In this document: piece after piece, positions 50,317-63,726 of the stretch
Layout of the letters: each line of letters opens with the position of its first letter
Numbering within the stretch: position 1 is the first letter of the stretch
Assembly: GCA_958009085.1 (NCBI GenBank)
Contig: OY253668.1
Location: forward strand, 1,240,001 to 1,304,000
Source of the DNA: Protoeuglena noctilucae
Taxonomy: Eukaryota
DNA length: 64,000 nucleotides
Direction of reading: 5' to 3'
Notes under the pieces: generated by a model
What the model was told of the DNA's origin: nothing
What the model saw: the letters and a program-made list of their open reading frames with translations, nothing else
Database searches by the model: none
Position numbers and translations under genes: made by a program

Positions 50317-51928
50317 CTAGGAGAGGGGGTCTGCTCCCGACCAGTCGAACCCCAAGGACTCGAGCAGGCCGACCTTCTCCGGCGAGAGCTTCCGGCACCG
50401 CATGGCCACGCGCTGCACGGCGCACCAGTTGATGAGGTAGTAGTTCGTGTTGTCGCCGAGGGGGTCTGGGTACGCCACGCCCTTGTCCGCGACGGTCCGC
50501 TTCAGCTCCGCGTACCACCGCAGCCACTCCGCGTCCGCCTCGTCAAATCGGAACCCCGCCTGGGCCAGCCGCGCCCTCCGCGCGTCGGGCAGCCGCCCCT
50601 CGCGCAGGGCCGTGCGCTGTGCCCGGCACCACCGCGCCAGGTCGCGGTTGTCCCCGTCCCGGAACCCCACGTGCGCGTCGCCTACCCGGGCCTTGTACTC
50701 GAGCAGCTCCTGGAATCGCGCCTCCCACGCCGGGTCGTTGTCTGACACCAGCCCCGCACGCCATGCGCCCTGGCGCTGGCCCGCGTTCTCTCCGGGGTCC
50801 ACCTGCGACGGCGAGAGACGCGCGTCGTGGGCGGACGGCGAGCCAGTCGCGTCGTTTTGATCCCCAAACTCGAGGACCGCCGCACACGCACCGTGGACTC
50901 TGACAGGAGAAGGGAGGGCTGCTCCTGGACGGTGCGAACAATGTCTGGGCCCGCTGTCGACGCCTCTGCTGCCCGCATGTCCAGGAGTCGCTGCGGACAT
51001 CCACAGCTGTGAGGTGTCAGGGAAGGTGTCGGCAAATGCATGCGGCATGCCAGACCCACGCTGCACTAACCACCGCACCTGCACCACGGCGCCCGCCTCG
51101 ACGTCAAGCACTCGCGGCTCCTTGACCGCCATCATGGCCACGTCGGCACCCTCGCCCCCCAGCAGCCGGTGGAGCCGCAGAGCGCGCCTGCTGATCTCCC
51201 GGATGCGCTCCCCCGACACCAAGTCCCCGTCCGCCTCCCACAGCATCACGGCCTGGCCCAGGTCCCGCGATATCTCCGCCGCGGAAGTGTCCCGAAGCCC
51301 GCAGAAATCTCCCCAGAAGGCGTCCATGGCCGCATCAGAAGGGTCGTGGTCGGGCAGCTCGGCCGCCGCCGCCGCATCGCCCAAACGAACTAGGCCGAGG
51401 CGTCTCTCCGCGCTCTGCACTCCACGCAGGGACCAGAACCGGTCCAGCACGGCTGCCTCCGCGGCTGTCAGGGCCTGGTACGCGGGTGCTGCCGGTTCAG
51501 GTGGCTCAGGCGCCGACCAGGATGATGAGCTCGACGTCGCATCCTGCTTGCGCTCTCGTGCCCGCGCATACTCATCCGTCTCTGAAGGACCGCCTCCCAC
51601 GGCATAGGACTCGGCGTCGTAAGCAAGCGCGATCGTGAACTGCGCCCAACCGCAGGCACCTCTCGTTCGCAGCCCCAGAGGCGAAGTTACTCGCACGCAA
51701 ACGTGTGGCGTCGCGATGGTCAAGTCCGTCCAAAATGCTCATACCGACTGCACGTGCGGCGCCCCACGCTGCCCTCCTCCTCACCATCCCGTTGTACGTG
51801 CCCGCATCGCCCTGTCCTGGCTCCCGCGCGGGCTGTGAGGATCGCACGGCGACCTCCCTCGACAGACACCCCCGCAACCTGACATGTGGAGCTGCCAAGG
51901 GCGCTGAGGACGCGCCGAGGCACGCCAT
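50317..51928 (-). CDS. Protein with two helicase-associated (HA) domains and no helicase core; transit-peptide-like leader
   Basis: AWEARFQELLEYKARVGDAHV..LARWCRAQR..GRL...RRARLAQAGF and EWLRWYAELK..LINWCAVQR..LLESLGFDW. Confidence 0.85.
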
Positions 51929-52495
51929 TTCGTTCTCCTTAGGAAGGACTGCCGACTGCTTGATGCGTCAACGGTGCCTGCCACCCGCAAAAAGCATGAA
52001 AATGCTCAGGAGAGCGTCAGAAAATATCTCTGCGTTGCTTTCCCGAGCAGGTTGACCCCGAAGGGCAGCCCCCAGGCGCGCAGCGCAGGGCCCGCCGTCG
52101 AACGCCGAGGGTGTCACGCGATCGCTCCTTTCGTGATTTGTCCCCTCGTCGCTGGCATCGGCGACTTGCGTGCCTGTACAGGTGAGACTCGCGGCCGGGC
52201 TGGGCCCCCTCCTCGGGACCGATCTCGCCCGATGTGGGCCCTGCGCCTTTGTCCTTGCTGTGTTCGCAATGAGCCACGTCAGAAGTCTAGCGCTGGCTCG
52301 TGGGATAGAGGCGGTGCACACCTTCCTGGGCCTGTGCTGGATAGACGCGCGCCCCCACATGTCGCTCCTGGCCACCAGGCGCATCAACTCTTTTCGCAGC
52401 AGACGCATCCGCACCCTTGCATCGTCCCTTCGGAGCTGGCCAGTCTCGAGAGGGGCTCACCTGTCTCTCAACCGCCCTTTTCTGCAGGGGTGCGA

Positions 52496-53684
52496 ATGAC
52501 GTGCGTCGCCCGCGCTCCCGCGCCCCACGCGGCCCTCGCGCGGGGTCGCTCCCTGGCCATGTCATCGCGGGTCGCCAGCGTCAGCAGGCGCACAGGCGAG
52601 CGGCTCGCACTCGCGCACGCAAACCCCACGCGCAGCTCCAGCCATCCTCACGCCGCCGTGCCTGCCCCGTGCAGTGGCAGCGCGTGCTGCGGACCTGGAC
52701 CCCGACAACACGAACATTCTGGTGTGCGGCGGTGGCGGCGTGGCCCTGGAGACCGTGAAGCTGCTCAAGGACATGGGGTCGTGGGTGTGGATGATGCAGC
52801 GCCATGACGAGCGGAAGTCGCAGATCGAGAAGTGGTTCGCGGTTTGGGTCAAGGGCGATGCCATGGACAAGGCCTCGGTGGACAAGGTCTTCCAGCAGAT
52901 CGAGGGCGGGCAGGCGAGCGCGGCGCGGATGGGGCCGACCGTCCGGCCCCCTCTGCTCGACTGGCGCTTGGTGCCGCTCTTGCCGGCGGCAGACGCGAGG
53001 TCTCCGTCGCTCCGCAGGTGGACGCGGTGGTGTGCACGCTCGGCGGCACCCTCCAGGACTACCGGGTCGACTCGGCGGGCAACATCAACGTGATGGAGGC
53101 GGCGGCCAAGAACAAAGTGAAGAAGTTCATCCTGGTCACGTCCATTGGGTGCGGGGAGTCGCGGTCGGCCATCTCCGAGCAGGCGGCCAAGGTAAGGGCG
53201 GAGCGTGGGGCATGGGGATGCGGGGCGGTCAGGGTGGGCGGAGTTAGTGAGCAAGCGATGGCACGTCTGGGTGCAGACGCTCGGGCCGGTGTTGGACGAG
53301 AAGGACAAGGCGGAGAAGCGCCTGTGGGAGCTGGCGGGTGACATGGAGGTGGTGATCGTGCGCCCGGGGGGTCTCAAGTCGGACGAGGCGACGGGGAAGG
53401 GCATCCTGACGGAGGACCAGCAGTTGGTGGGGGCCATCACGCGCAAGGACACGGCGCGCATGGTGGTCAAGGCCCTTTTCTCGAAGAAGACAGGTGAGGA
53501 GGGAGCAGGGGTGTGCGGGGGTGGTGGACTAGTGTGGGTTGTGGAATGGGAAGCGCCAATGGCAGGGACGGGGTGACTTGGAGAGCGTATGCGTTCCGCG
53601 CTCACAGGGGGCAAGGTGCTGCACGCGCTGGACCGGGACATGACCACGCCCGCTGACCGGCCCGTCACCGTGTTCGAGTGCTAA
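52496..53684 (+). CDS. NAD(P)H-binding Rossmann protein (atypical SDR, NAD_binding_10), probably plastid
   Basis: Motifs ILVCGGGGVA, VKGDAMD, VDAVVCTLGG, GNINVMEAA, FILVTSIG, KDKAEK and VIVRPGGL; two GC-AG and two GT-AG introns. Confidence 0.9.
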
Positions 53685-53793
53685 AGGCGACACTTGGGGC
53701 AGGGAAGGGACAGCTGGCGGGGTCGTAGATGCCTGACGCCGTTTCAAGCAGGACAGGACAGCGCTGCTCGCCCGTCTGTTCTAGAACCTCAGT

Positions 53794-56403
53794 CTAGGGC
53801 CACCAGCTCGCGGTCTGACCCGGGGCCTCTTCCAGGAAATCCGGAAAGGGCCTTCCTCCCTGAGGATCGTTCCGGGACTCCCTGGGCGGCTTGCGGCCAC
53901 GCGTCTCGGCTCCTGAGGCCTCGTCCCTGCAGTCAGCCGGGTGTTGCTCTGCCGGGTTGGTACAGTTGACCCAAGGCACGTGCCCACGCGCCAACCAGCC
54001 CATGCAGCGTACCAATGGATGAACATGTCCCTCCCGCCCTCGTCTCACCCGAACTTGCCATCGACGTCCATGCCATCCGGCAGCCTCCTTCCCACAATTG
54101 AGCTGTCATATAAAGGGACAGACACCGTCTTGCCCTCCTCCCTCATCGACGCACCCTGCCGTCGCCCTGCATCCTGGGACCTGCCTGAGAAGGTCCCACC
54201 CCTGCCCTGTCCAGCAGACCCCGCCAAGTCCTCCTCATCAGAGTAACGAGTACTCGCGTTGCGGCGGTACCCCGCGCCCCCTGCACCCCTGCCCTCGACC
54301 CCTCCCCACGCCCGCTCTTGTTCCCTGCCCCTCCCCACCTCGCCCGCTGCTTCCCGCGCGACTCCACGGCCCCGGCCCTCCGATCCCCGGTCAGCCGCAG
54401 CCCCGTATGCTTCGGCCCGATACGCAGGGGCTCCGGCCATCTCCCGCCCGTTCGGCACCAACTCAGGCTCCCTCCGTCGCTCGTCCACGCCCCGGCGCGG
54501 GACCGGACGCGACCTGGGCTCCGGCAGAGCCATGGGCTGGCGTGCGGGGGAGCGCTGGCGCACCTCGGAAAGGTCCGCAGCCCCGCGAGCCCGCCGTGTG
54601 GCCTGAGATCCGTACGTGGCCTGCCACTCAGCCATGCTCTGCGAACGAGAAAGCGCGGGGCATGTCAGAGCTGACACGGAGTAAGGATGTGCTCAGCAAA
54701 GTGACTGCGCAGTAGATGCCATGCGAACGCACTTGGAACCACTGCTCGAGTTGGGCAGCGTAGACGGGGTCGTCCGCCGCAGCCCTACGCATGCGGTCGC
54801 GGACGTCGGGGTCCGAGTAGTCGACGGGCCGGTCGCCGACTTCGACCGATGACGACGCGAACCCGAGCCTCTCCACGATGCCCACCGTCAGCTGCTCCAC
54901 GTGCAGCAGGGCGTCCGCTGCGGGCACGTCATGCAGGCACCTCTCATGAGCAGCCAACCTGGCAGCGATTACATAAAACGGCTAGGCCGCTTTCATGTGG
55001 CAGCCATTGAACGCCCTTGCAGCAGTTTGAAGCATGTGTGCCCTCACCCTGCACGATGACGCGGCGGCGGCCCTGCGGATTGATCCCGGCGGCCACGATG
55101 CGGTCGGCGCCGAGGCGGAAGGTGCTGACCAGGGCATCGGGCACAAGGGGCGACCCATACGTGTCGTACACGAGCTCCAGCACCGCGCCGTCGTCCGGGC
55201 GGAACGAAAAGTCCCGCACGCGACCCAGGAAATCTCCTCGCTCTGCGGGAGTGGGCCAGGCTATGGCTGGTCGATGCGTGGACCTATGCGGTCGGAAGAA
55301 GGGCCTGGGAGACGTTGCGACCTGCAGTGCGGTTGTGCGCGGGCGCGCGTCGTGAGCCACGCATGTCAGCAACCACCTCGCGGCTCCTCACCCGTCACCA
55401 CTTCGAACCCCACCAGGCGCAGGAAGCCTTCTGAATCAAAGGGCGGCTGCACCGCACTCTCGTCGTGCACCAAAATCACATCCCCGATCTGGCGCAGCGA
55501 AGACAGCAGGACCATGTCCTCCTCTTCCGCCGAACTGCGCCCGGAGAGGTCGGATGCGGTGGGCGGAGGCAACAGTGCACCCCTCGCCTGCGTGTGCGTC
55601 GCTCTGACCACCCCAACCCACCAGCACGGCCGCCCCCCGGCAACGCCCTGTCCCCCGCGACACGCACCTGAGACCTGCGATGTTGAGCAGGCCACCCGGT
55701 CCGATGAACACGGCCTCGACGCACCAGGTGGACGGGTTGATGCCGAGGTGCTGGGCCGTGCCCAGCTTGACGCCCGACGTCCGCGTCACCAGCTCCTTGC
55801 CCACCACGGCGCTGCGCGGCAGCACTACGCGACCGGAACGGTCGCGACCGGACGGGGAGGACCCGCGCGGGGGGCGCCGCGGGGCCGAGAGCGCCAGAGC
55901 CTCCGACCCCAGCCGGGGTGCCTGGGCCCGCGCGTCGTAGGGATCCGTCGACGCGGTGTCCACGCGGACTCGCGGAACTCTCCTGGGCGCGTCGCTCGCG
56001 TAGAAGGCCCGGCCGGAGCTGCGGAGGCGTCATTAGCGGGCAGCTTGAGGCGGAATGCACTGCCGGAGCCCATCGCGGCCCCCCTACAAGCCGCGATGCC
56101 ACATCCTGAGCAACGACCGCCGTCTCTGACAGTTGCGTGTCGCGGCGCAAGTTAGAGAACGGCTCGCCTGCTTGGCGTGGAGGGCTGCCGCATCTCCTCG
56201 CGAGGCAGGGCGGCCTCCGCGCTGCCCGCTGGCCCAGGCTCGGGGGCTCGCCCCGGTTGGGGTCTGCTGAAAGAGGCGTCAGAAGACTCCCTTCCTGTCA
56301 AGCGGCGCGCCGGCCCGGCGGCGGTGCGGCTCGCACGGGCAGGACGATGACCCAGATGACAGGGCCGCCGCCCTGCCAGCGAAAAGCCGCAGGCCGCGCT
56401 CAT
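53794..56403 (-). CDS. Tandem PRC-barrel protein (cyanobacterial type), probably plastid
   Basis: RSAVVGKELVTRTSGVKLG, LLSSLRQIGDVILV, LVGFEVVT|ERGDFLGRVRDFSF and YGSPLVPDALVSTF; leader joined by GC-AG intron 56019-56167. Confidence 0.85.
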
Positions 56404-56654
56404 GACCCTTCCCGGAAACGCATAAGCGAAGCAACGCGCAGCTAGCCAGCGGAAACGGTCGTGTCTGGGGGCCAGCACCCTTGTTCAGAGCCGTTTTATA
56501 CAACACTCAGCACACAGCTGGCTTCCTTCGGAGAAGCCCAAGCATGGAGCAACTGATCCTGGTGCTGGAGATCAGCCCTCTTCAAAGGAGCAGCTGACTG
56601 TCAGGGCCACGGCCTGTGCGGCACAAACGCTTGCCAGTGCCACCGCCACCGCGG

Positions 56655-59600
56655 CTACCACTGGAAGGCGGCGAAGTCAGCGTGGCACGAGGGGTCGTGG
56701 AGCCCCTGCGGCGGCGCGTCGTAGAACGCCACGGGCACTTCAGGCTTGAGCTTCCGGCCATGCTCGACCTCGAACATCTCTGCGGGGACAGTCGAGAGCA
56801 GGGGAGCCCACGTCGCGTGCAACAAGCGTGACCAGGCAGGACATGGATGCAGCGGCAAGCGGCGCAGGCATCCGAAGCATGCTACATCCCAGCACTCCCG
56901 CCTTGGCAGCCCGGACGCCTGGGCCGCCCACTTACTGGCATAGGTGAGCCGCAGCAGGGGCTCCAAGTCCGCCTCCGCCGTCTTGGCGCGGTCCGTGAGG
57001 TCCTTCTGCAGGACCTGGTGCGCGAAATGCGCCACCTGGGGGCACGCGTGCCGCACGAGGGCCGCGAGCTCCCACAGCGAACTCTCCACGGCCCGGCTCT
57101 TTGCCGGGTCCTCCTCGTCTTCCGCATACGGGTCCGTCCCCGCGCAGCCCGCGCCCTCGTCGCCCGCGCTGTCCGGGAGGGGCTCCCACAGCACGCTGCC
57201 CTCGTGGAGCTTCGGGTGCGTGACCAGGTCTCCAACCGTCTTGCCAGCGGGCACCCGGTGGAGTAGGACGTTGCAGGCGGGGTGCCGGCGGACGACGTTG
57301 TTGATGAAGGCGATGCAGACCATGGCGCTGAGGGCGGGCGGGCGAGGGACGCGCGTGAGGGAGCTCACGTGTGGATGGCAGGCGGGGGCGGCGAGCAACC
57401 GTGGTCAGAGGCAGGGAGGGCGACGAGTGCAGCGGCGACGGTGGCATCGCGACAGAGGTATCTACTGCAGCGTTGTCTGGCATAGGCCTGGTCTCACCCG
57501 TGCGGCGGGGCGGAGAGCGCGAGCCGGCCAAAGCGTTTGGCGAACGCCGCGGCCGTGTAGGCGGGCACCATGGGCGAGGAGAGGAAGACGTCGGCAAGCT
57601 GGAAGAACTGTGCGCGGTTCTTGATCAAGAAGACGGCCGGCTTCAGGAGGCTGTAGAGGCGCTGGAAGAACTGGGGGTACTCGAGGCCGTGCTGCGGGGT
57701 GGGGAGCAAAGCACGGCACGATATCGTCAGGGCACCGGGCAGACGTATGGACTTTTTGTTTCGCATGGCAAGACATATCTTACTCGTGCAGAGTTTGCCG
57801 GCGCAAAGACCCCGTGACACAGGCACTGCCATGGCACGGCGGTCGCACAGCATGCAGACTGCTTGACCCTCTGCATTGCGCAGCCTCGCCTTGGTGACCA
57901 GGGTGAAGATGCCATGGAGGGCCAGCATGCCGATGATGCCCCCGCGGCTGAGAGAGGCCGTGAGGAAGTCCGACAGCAGGAGCGGGTTGGGCATGTTGGG
58001 GAGGACCGTGGAGTGCACGCACAGGAGGACCTTCCTGCAAAGGGACGGAATATGTGAAAGCAATTGTCACAGGGCCCCAGTTGCGCGACGGCCCGCACCA
58101 CGTGGCAGACTCGCATGTCCCCACCTGTAAATGTCCCCAGGCAGCGGCACGCGCAGGAAGGCCAGCCAAGCCGCCGCGAACTCCTTGACTTGGTTGATGG
58201 GCGTCGCCCACTGCGCTCTCCGGAGACCCTCTGCCGCTCCCTCTTCGCGCTGCCTGCGTGCCATCCTTGCAGGGGGCAAGTCCTCAGTGAGCTGACGAGC
58301 ATGCAGCACCCCAGCGGCGAGTCAGTGGCAGCAAGGCTTTGCCAAGGCCAGAGTGCCACGCTCGGCAAAGCAGGGGCGGACCGCCCGGCGGCATCCGCAG
58401 CATCGTGTGGGCATTTGCACCCCCCTGCACCCGGGTCACCGTTTCCTGCGCTTCCTGGCGCTCTCGTCCCGGTCCGCCGCGCCCTCCACCGCCCCCGACT
58501 CGATGGCGCCACACCACGATGTGAGCGCTGCGTCTGCCGGGAGCGCCTCCACCCTCCGCAAAACGTCAAACGCCGTCCGGACCGCGTCGTCAGAAGTGGG
58601 AGCCTGCGGTGGCTGAGAGGTCGGCTTGAGTTCCGGTCCATGCATGCACGAGGTGATGGTGTCGCAGCAACCACTAACGGCGCTGGCCGCCTCGCCTGCA
58701 GCCCTGCCCTGCTGGGCGGGGCGTCGGCGAGGGACTCGGAGAGATGCCGGATGGTCCGCAAGGTGTAGTATCGCACGTCGGCGTGGCGCAGGTACCTGCA
58801 GGAGTGAACGCCAGCGGCGGCGTTCAAGTCTGTGGCAGTTGAAGCCCCAGATGTAAACAAGTAGCGCATAGCTTGGCCCCACGCACCGCGCCACCAGCAC
58901 CCCGACGACGTCCGACGACGTTCCTGGGGACTTGAGTACGTGCAGGAGAGCCTGGCAGAAGAGGTCGCTCCTGCAAGCGCGTGAAAGCCTCTCGGTGTGC
59001 GGGTGGCCACCACGTCAGCCACGCAGGCAAGAGCTGCTACGTATCGCAAAGAAAGCAGCGGCCATTCGCTTACCGAAACTCCTTGTCCACCTCCCGCCGT
59101 GCCACCTCCATGACGGCAGTGAGGGCCGCCACCTGCATCTCCACCTCCAGGGAACGCTGCAGCACCTCAAGGCACCGCGCCTTGAAGTCCTGGTACTGCT
59201 TCCGCAAGTACACCACGAAGCGGGGCTCCTGAAAAAAAGATGTGTCTCCTAGTAACGATGGGCTCGGCACAGACGGCCGGGCACCGACCTGCGCGCACGT
59301 CGCCCTCACCTCAGGGTCCTTGACGCCGTCCTTGCGACGGGGCGGGTCCACCACGAGGTGGCCACGAGCGATGGCATCCACGAAATAAGTCCGCAAGCCC
59401 TGGGGAAACGGCGGCCGAGTCATCTGCTTCACAGTTGCTGCCGGCGCCCCCATGCGAATTATTTGGGCAGCCCCGGCGACGCACGAACCTCCATTGCTGT
59501 CACTGCCTCTCCCGCCGCCTCGAAGACGGCTCCCGCGTCGACGAAGGCGAGGGCCCGGGGCAAAAGCTTGACGCGCCCGACGGCGTCGCCCCCCAGCTGC

Positions 59601-59775
59601 GGCCGCGGGAGATACACGCGTCGCGATTTGCACCGCCTTCCTATCGTCGTCACGGTTCCGCTCCGCATGAGCCACTCGCCTCCTGCAGCAGCCCGCGCAC
59701 GCCGGAGGACGTCGCGCTCGGCCCCGGCGGCTCGGTGACCCTCTGCCCGAGCTCGCGCCCCCCTGCCCGCGCCAT
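56655..59775 (-). CDS. NOC4: Nucleolar complex protein 4 (CBF/Mak21 family)
   Basis: Motifs YLRHADVRYYT, AWLAFLR, VLPNMPNPLLLSDFLT, HGLEYPQFFQRLYSLL, PAYTAAAFAKRFGRLAL and DPY..EEDPAKSRAVESSLWEL. Confidence 0.93.
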
Positions 59776-60400
59776 GCTGATGATATCGTTTGTGCAATAG
59801 CCGCACTCGGGCTTTGCTGACGGGGCGCGCACGCGAGGAGGACAGGCCAAGAACCCCGCAAACGTGTCCTGCAGGCCTGCGCAAGAGAAATCCACTGAGC
59901 TAGCTAGCAGATTCTACGCCGGAACTTCAGAAGCTCATGCTGAGGCCCTGGGCTTACGCAGGATGCCCGAGCCGCTGCAGCACGTCACGCTGGCCGTCTG
60001 ACGGTGGGCTCAGGAAAAGGAGGACATAACTCTCACTGATGCCTGTGCAGATACGCTTTATTGGCTAATGAGCATCCGGCGCTATTTCAAGAACTGGGCA
60101 AGGAAGTATCTTGTCTGAGATCCCGTGCACTGCCAAAGCATCTAAAGGAATTTGCCCAATCCCGGGCATCCCTACCCGATTTGCGGAAGTGTGCCGCGCT
60201 CATTTAGTTACTCGATTTGTTGGCTATTGCCACTGCTGTCTCGGAGACTCCAGCGGGTTCCGGGGGCGGTCCGCAGGCAGGTGAATGCAGCTGCCCGCGA
60301 CCGACGGCGGTGGCACTGGGCTGTGGATCGCAACAACACAGTCGCTCGACACCCTCAGGCCCGCGCTGCCGTGCTCGCGCATCCAGCCAAGCGAGCCAAG

Positions 60401-62518
60401 ATGGCGTTCGTGGAGTACCAGTGGATCGTCGGCGTGGGCGCCGTGCTCTGCGTCTTCATGGCCTACGGCATCGGGGCGAATGACACGGCCAACTCGTTCG
60501 GCACGAGCGTGGGCTCGCGCGCCCTCACCATCCGCCAGGCCCCCCTGGTGGCGGCCGTCTGCGAGATGGCAGGGGCGCTGGGCCTGGGCGCCAACGTGAC
60601 GGACACCATCCGCGGGGTGCGTTTGCTTACGCAGCGGGGCGTGCCGCACGAGGGCTGTGTCGTGGATGACCTGGATTTGCTGCAACCGAGCTTGCAGGGC
60701 ATTCTAAGCTACGAGGATTTCACGAGTGCCCCCGAGGTGCTGATGTTCGGCATGATGTGCTCGCTGGCGGCCGCGGGCATCTTCATGGTCTTCGCCACAC
60801 TGCTGGAGATGCCCGTCTCCACGACCCACGCCGTCATCGGCGCCATCATCGGCTTCGGCCTCGTGGCGCACGGGAAGGACGCCGTGCAGTGGGTCGCGTG
60901 GGGGAAGCCCGGCGAGTTCCCCATCCAGGGCGTGGTCGGGATCGTCATTTCGTGGGTCTTCTCGCCCGTGTGCTCGGGGATCCTGGCCTCCTTCTTCTTC
61001 CTCTGCGCGCGCACCTTCGTCCTCCGCCACAACAACTCGTACATCCGCTCGTGGATCTCCCTCCCCGTGTGGGTCTTCCTCACCGTCTCCATCGACGTGC
61101 TCTTCATGGTCATGAGCGGCGCCAAGGCGAGCGTGGCTGAGGTCGGGCTGTGCGCCGCCTGCACCTCCTCGTTACGCCGCCCCACCGCTGCCACGCCTTT
61201 CCGCGGCCCGCAGCACAGGGCCTCCCGCATCACGACCAACCAGGCCATCGCCATCGGCCTCGGCACGGGTGCTGGTGTCGCGTGCATCGTCGCGCTCCTC
61301 ATCCGGGCCGTCCTCAAGCCCAGGGCGGAGACCGTCTTTAAAGGCCGCATGCAGAAGGGCGAGATCGTGCAGGTCAGGCGCCGCCCATGTGACGAGGTCT
61401 TGCTTTAAACGGGGGTTGGGGTTTCGAACCCTGACACCTGGTTCCCGCACAGCGTCAGGGTCTACCCGCAGCCGCCACTCCCTCTGACCGCGCAGGACCC
61501 CAACAACCCGCACTGGTACGTGTTCGACCAGGCGCGCATCAAGGAGCTGGAGGCGGAGCGCCGTCGCAGCGCGGAGGGCGCCGAGGAGGCGAACACCCGG
61601 GGCAGGCTGTCGTCGGCCGTCAAGACCATCTTCCATGGTCTCGACCAGGATGTGCACGCCGTCGTGGACACGGACGAGCACGTGGGCGCGGTGCACGCGA
61701 CGGCCGAGGTCTTCGACGCTCGGACCGAGGAGTCGTTCCGGTACCTCCAGGTCTTCACGGCCATGTCCATGTCCTTCGCCCACGGTGCCAACGACATCGC
61801 CAACGCCGTGGGCCCCATGGCGGCCATTTACTTCGTCTACAAGAACGGGGTGGTCAAGAAGAGCACGGACCAGTCGACCGAGTCGGCGCTCTACTGGATC
61901 CTGTTCCTGGGCGGCGTGGGCATCTGGCTGGGCCTCGCCACGCTCGGCTACATCATCATGCGCACGCTGGGCGTCAAGGTGGCCAAGATGACGGCCTCGC
62001 GCGGGTTCGCGGCCGAGCTCGGGCCGGCCCTCATCGTCGTCATCGGCTCCAAGCTGAGCCTGCCCCTCTCGACCACCCATTGCGTCACGGGGTCCGTGGT
62101 GGGCATCGGCATGACTGAGCGCAGCCGCGGCGTCAACTACTACGTGCTCCCCCGGATCATCGCGGGGTGGGTGCTCACGCTCGTGGTCGCGGGGGGGGGT
62201 CTCGGCGGTGCTGTTCTCGCTGGGCTACTTCGCCCCCGGCGCGTTCGGCATCCGGGACCGCAACTTCTACCAGGCGCAGCTGCAGCAGTTCGCCGAAAGC
62301 GTCGCGTCGGCTGTGGAGAGCACCGCGTCCCTGCGCACGTCGGCCCACTACGCCCCCACCTGGTCGGCCACGGCCACGAGCCTCAACCGTACCGCGCACG
62401 CCCTGGCCAAGACCCAGGTCGTCAACCGGTTCGAGGAGGCGGGGATGCTCGAGACGGTGCTGGCCCTGCTGACGGACGAGCGGACGGGCGTGTTCCACAG
62501 CTGCCGGCAGTGGGAGTA
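60401..62518 (+). CDS. PTB: PHO4/PiT (SLC20) Na+/phosphate symporter, PTB type; apparent +1 error in the G run at 62191-62199
   Basis: Motifs AYGIGANDTANSFGTSVGSRALT, PVSTTHAVIG, SWVFSP, FRYLQVFTA..SFAHGANDIANAVGP, SRGFAAEL and PLSTTHCVTGSVVGIG. Confidence 0.95.
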
Positions 62519-62634
62519 GTAGTGGCAGGACTCGAACCCACCCAGGGCTTTGCATCTGGTGCCTGCAGCACAGCCGCTTTTGTCGAGCTCCCTGAAAGCT
62601 CGCCAGCGCATTAGAGCTGCACCCTGTTTCAAGG

Positions 62635-63686
62635 ATGGACGTTGACGAAGACTCTCTGTAAGCAGAGGCCGCATTGTTGCTAACTGAGCAGGGCACGGAC
62701 CATCTGTGGCAGAACCTGCAGTCTCGGCGCGGACCCAAGCTGAGCGCCGGCTGGCAGAGATAGAGAAAAGCGTTCCCAATCATCAGGAGATTGCGCTTCG
62801 GTCCCTCCAGGCGAGTGCTGCGCACTTGCTGTGCGTTGCTGGCCTGGACGAGGGCGGTCACGTGGAGATGCGCGACGCGGAGGTCGCCGATTGCAAGGAG
62901 TCGGGCGTGTTCACTTACGGCGAGGGCAGCACGGTGCTCATTGTGGGGGGCGGCATCTCTAGGTCGAAGCAGTTTCACGACGTGGACTGCCAGCAGGGCG
63001 GGACGACGACGTTGCAGGAGGTCAAGATCGCCGACTGCCGGGAGACTGGCGTGATGAGCCGGGACCCGGGCAGTAAGGTGGTCTTGCAGGGCGGGAGCGT
63101 TTCCGAAGCGAAGGACTTCTATGGAGTGTGCTGCCAGGGTGGGGGGGGAGCCGAGGTGCGGGGGGCGAAGATCGCAAGGAGCAAGAAGTCCGGTGTGCTC
63201 AGCCGGGATGCAGGGAGCCAGGTGGTCGTGCAGGGCGGGAGCATCACGGACAGCGGGGAAGACGGAGTGCGCTGTGAGCTGGGCGGGCAGGCGGAGGTGC
63301 AGGGCGTGGCCATTGGCATGTGCCGCGAGGCAGGTATGCTCAGCCGGGACTTGGGGAGTAAGGTGGTGGTGCAGGGCGGGAGCATCACAGAGGTCCGGCA
63401 CCCCGGAGTGTGCTGTGAGCTGGGCGGGCAGGCGGACATTCAAGGCGTGGAGATCAACCCGGTCAAATCATCCGGGGTGTTCTGCAAGGGTCAAGGCAGC
63501 AAGGTCGTGGTGCAGGGGGGCAGCATTCGGAACGCTGGTCGTGGATGCTCCGTCGAGCAGGGCGGGCAGGCAGAGGTGCACGGCATGGTCATTGACAATT
63601 GCTATTTTTCCGCCTTTTACTGCTGGCGTGGCACGTTGTCACACAGTGGGTGCACCATTACGAACTGTAGTCTTTGCGCACGCTGA
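62635..63686 (+). CDS. Right-handed parallel beta-helix repeat protein (start uncertain)
   Basis: 47-48 aa tandem units of the form RDxGSKVVVQGGSI...GVxCExGGQAEVxGxxIxxC..SGV. Confidence 0.75.
62860..63600 (+). repeat. Coding tandem repeat, about 141-144 nt unit, about five copies
   Basis: Homologous blocks (..AAGGTGGTxxTGCAGGGCGGGAGC..) start near 63060, 63204, 63345 and 63486. Confidence 0.85.
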
Positions 63687-63726
63687 GAAGGTCTTAACTG
63701 TGTACTACGCTGGCAATTGATCTGAC

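Noticed and set aside
62519..62545. tRNA T-arm/B-box-like GTGGGTTCGAGTCCTGC on the minus strand (similar motif at about 61420)
   Set aside because: No A box, D arm, anticodon arm or acceptor stem can be folded.
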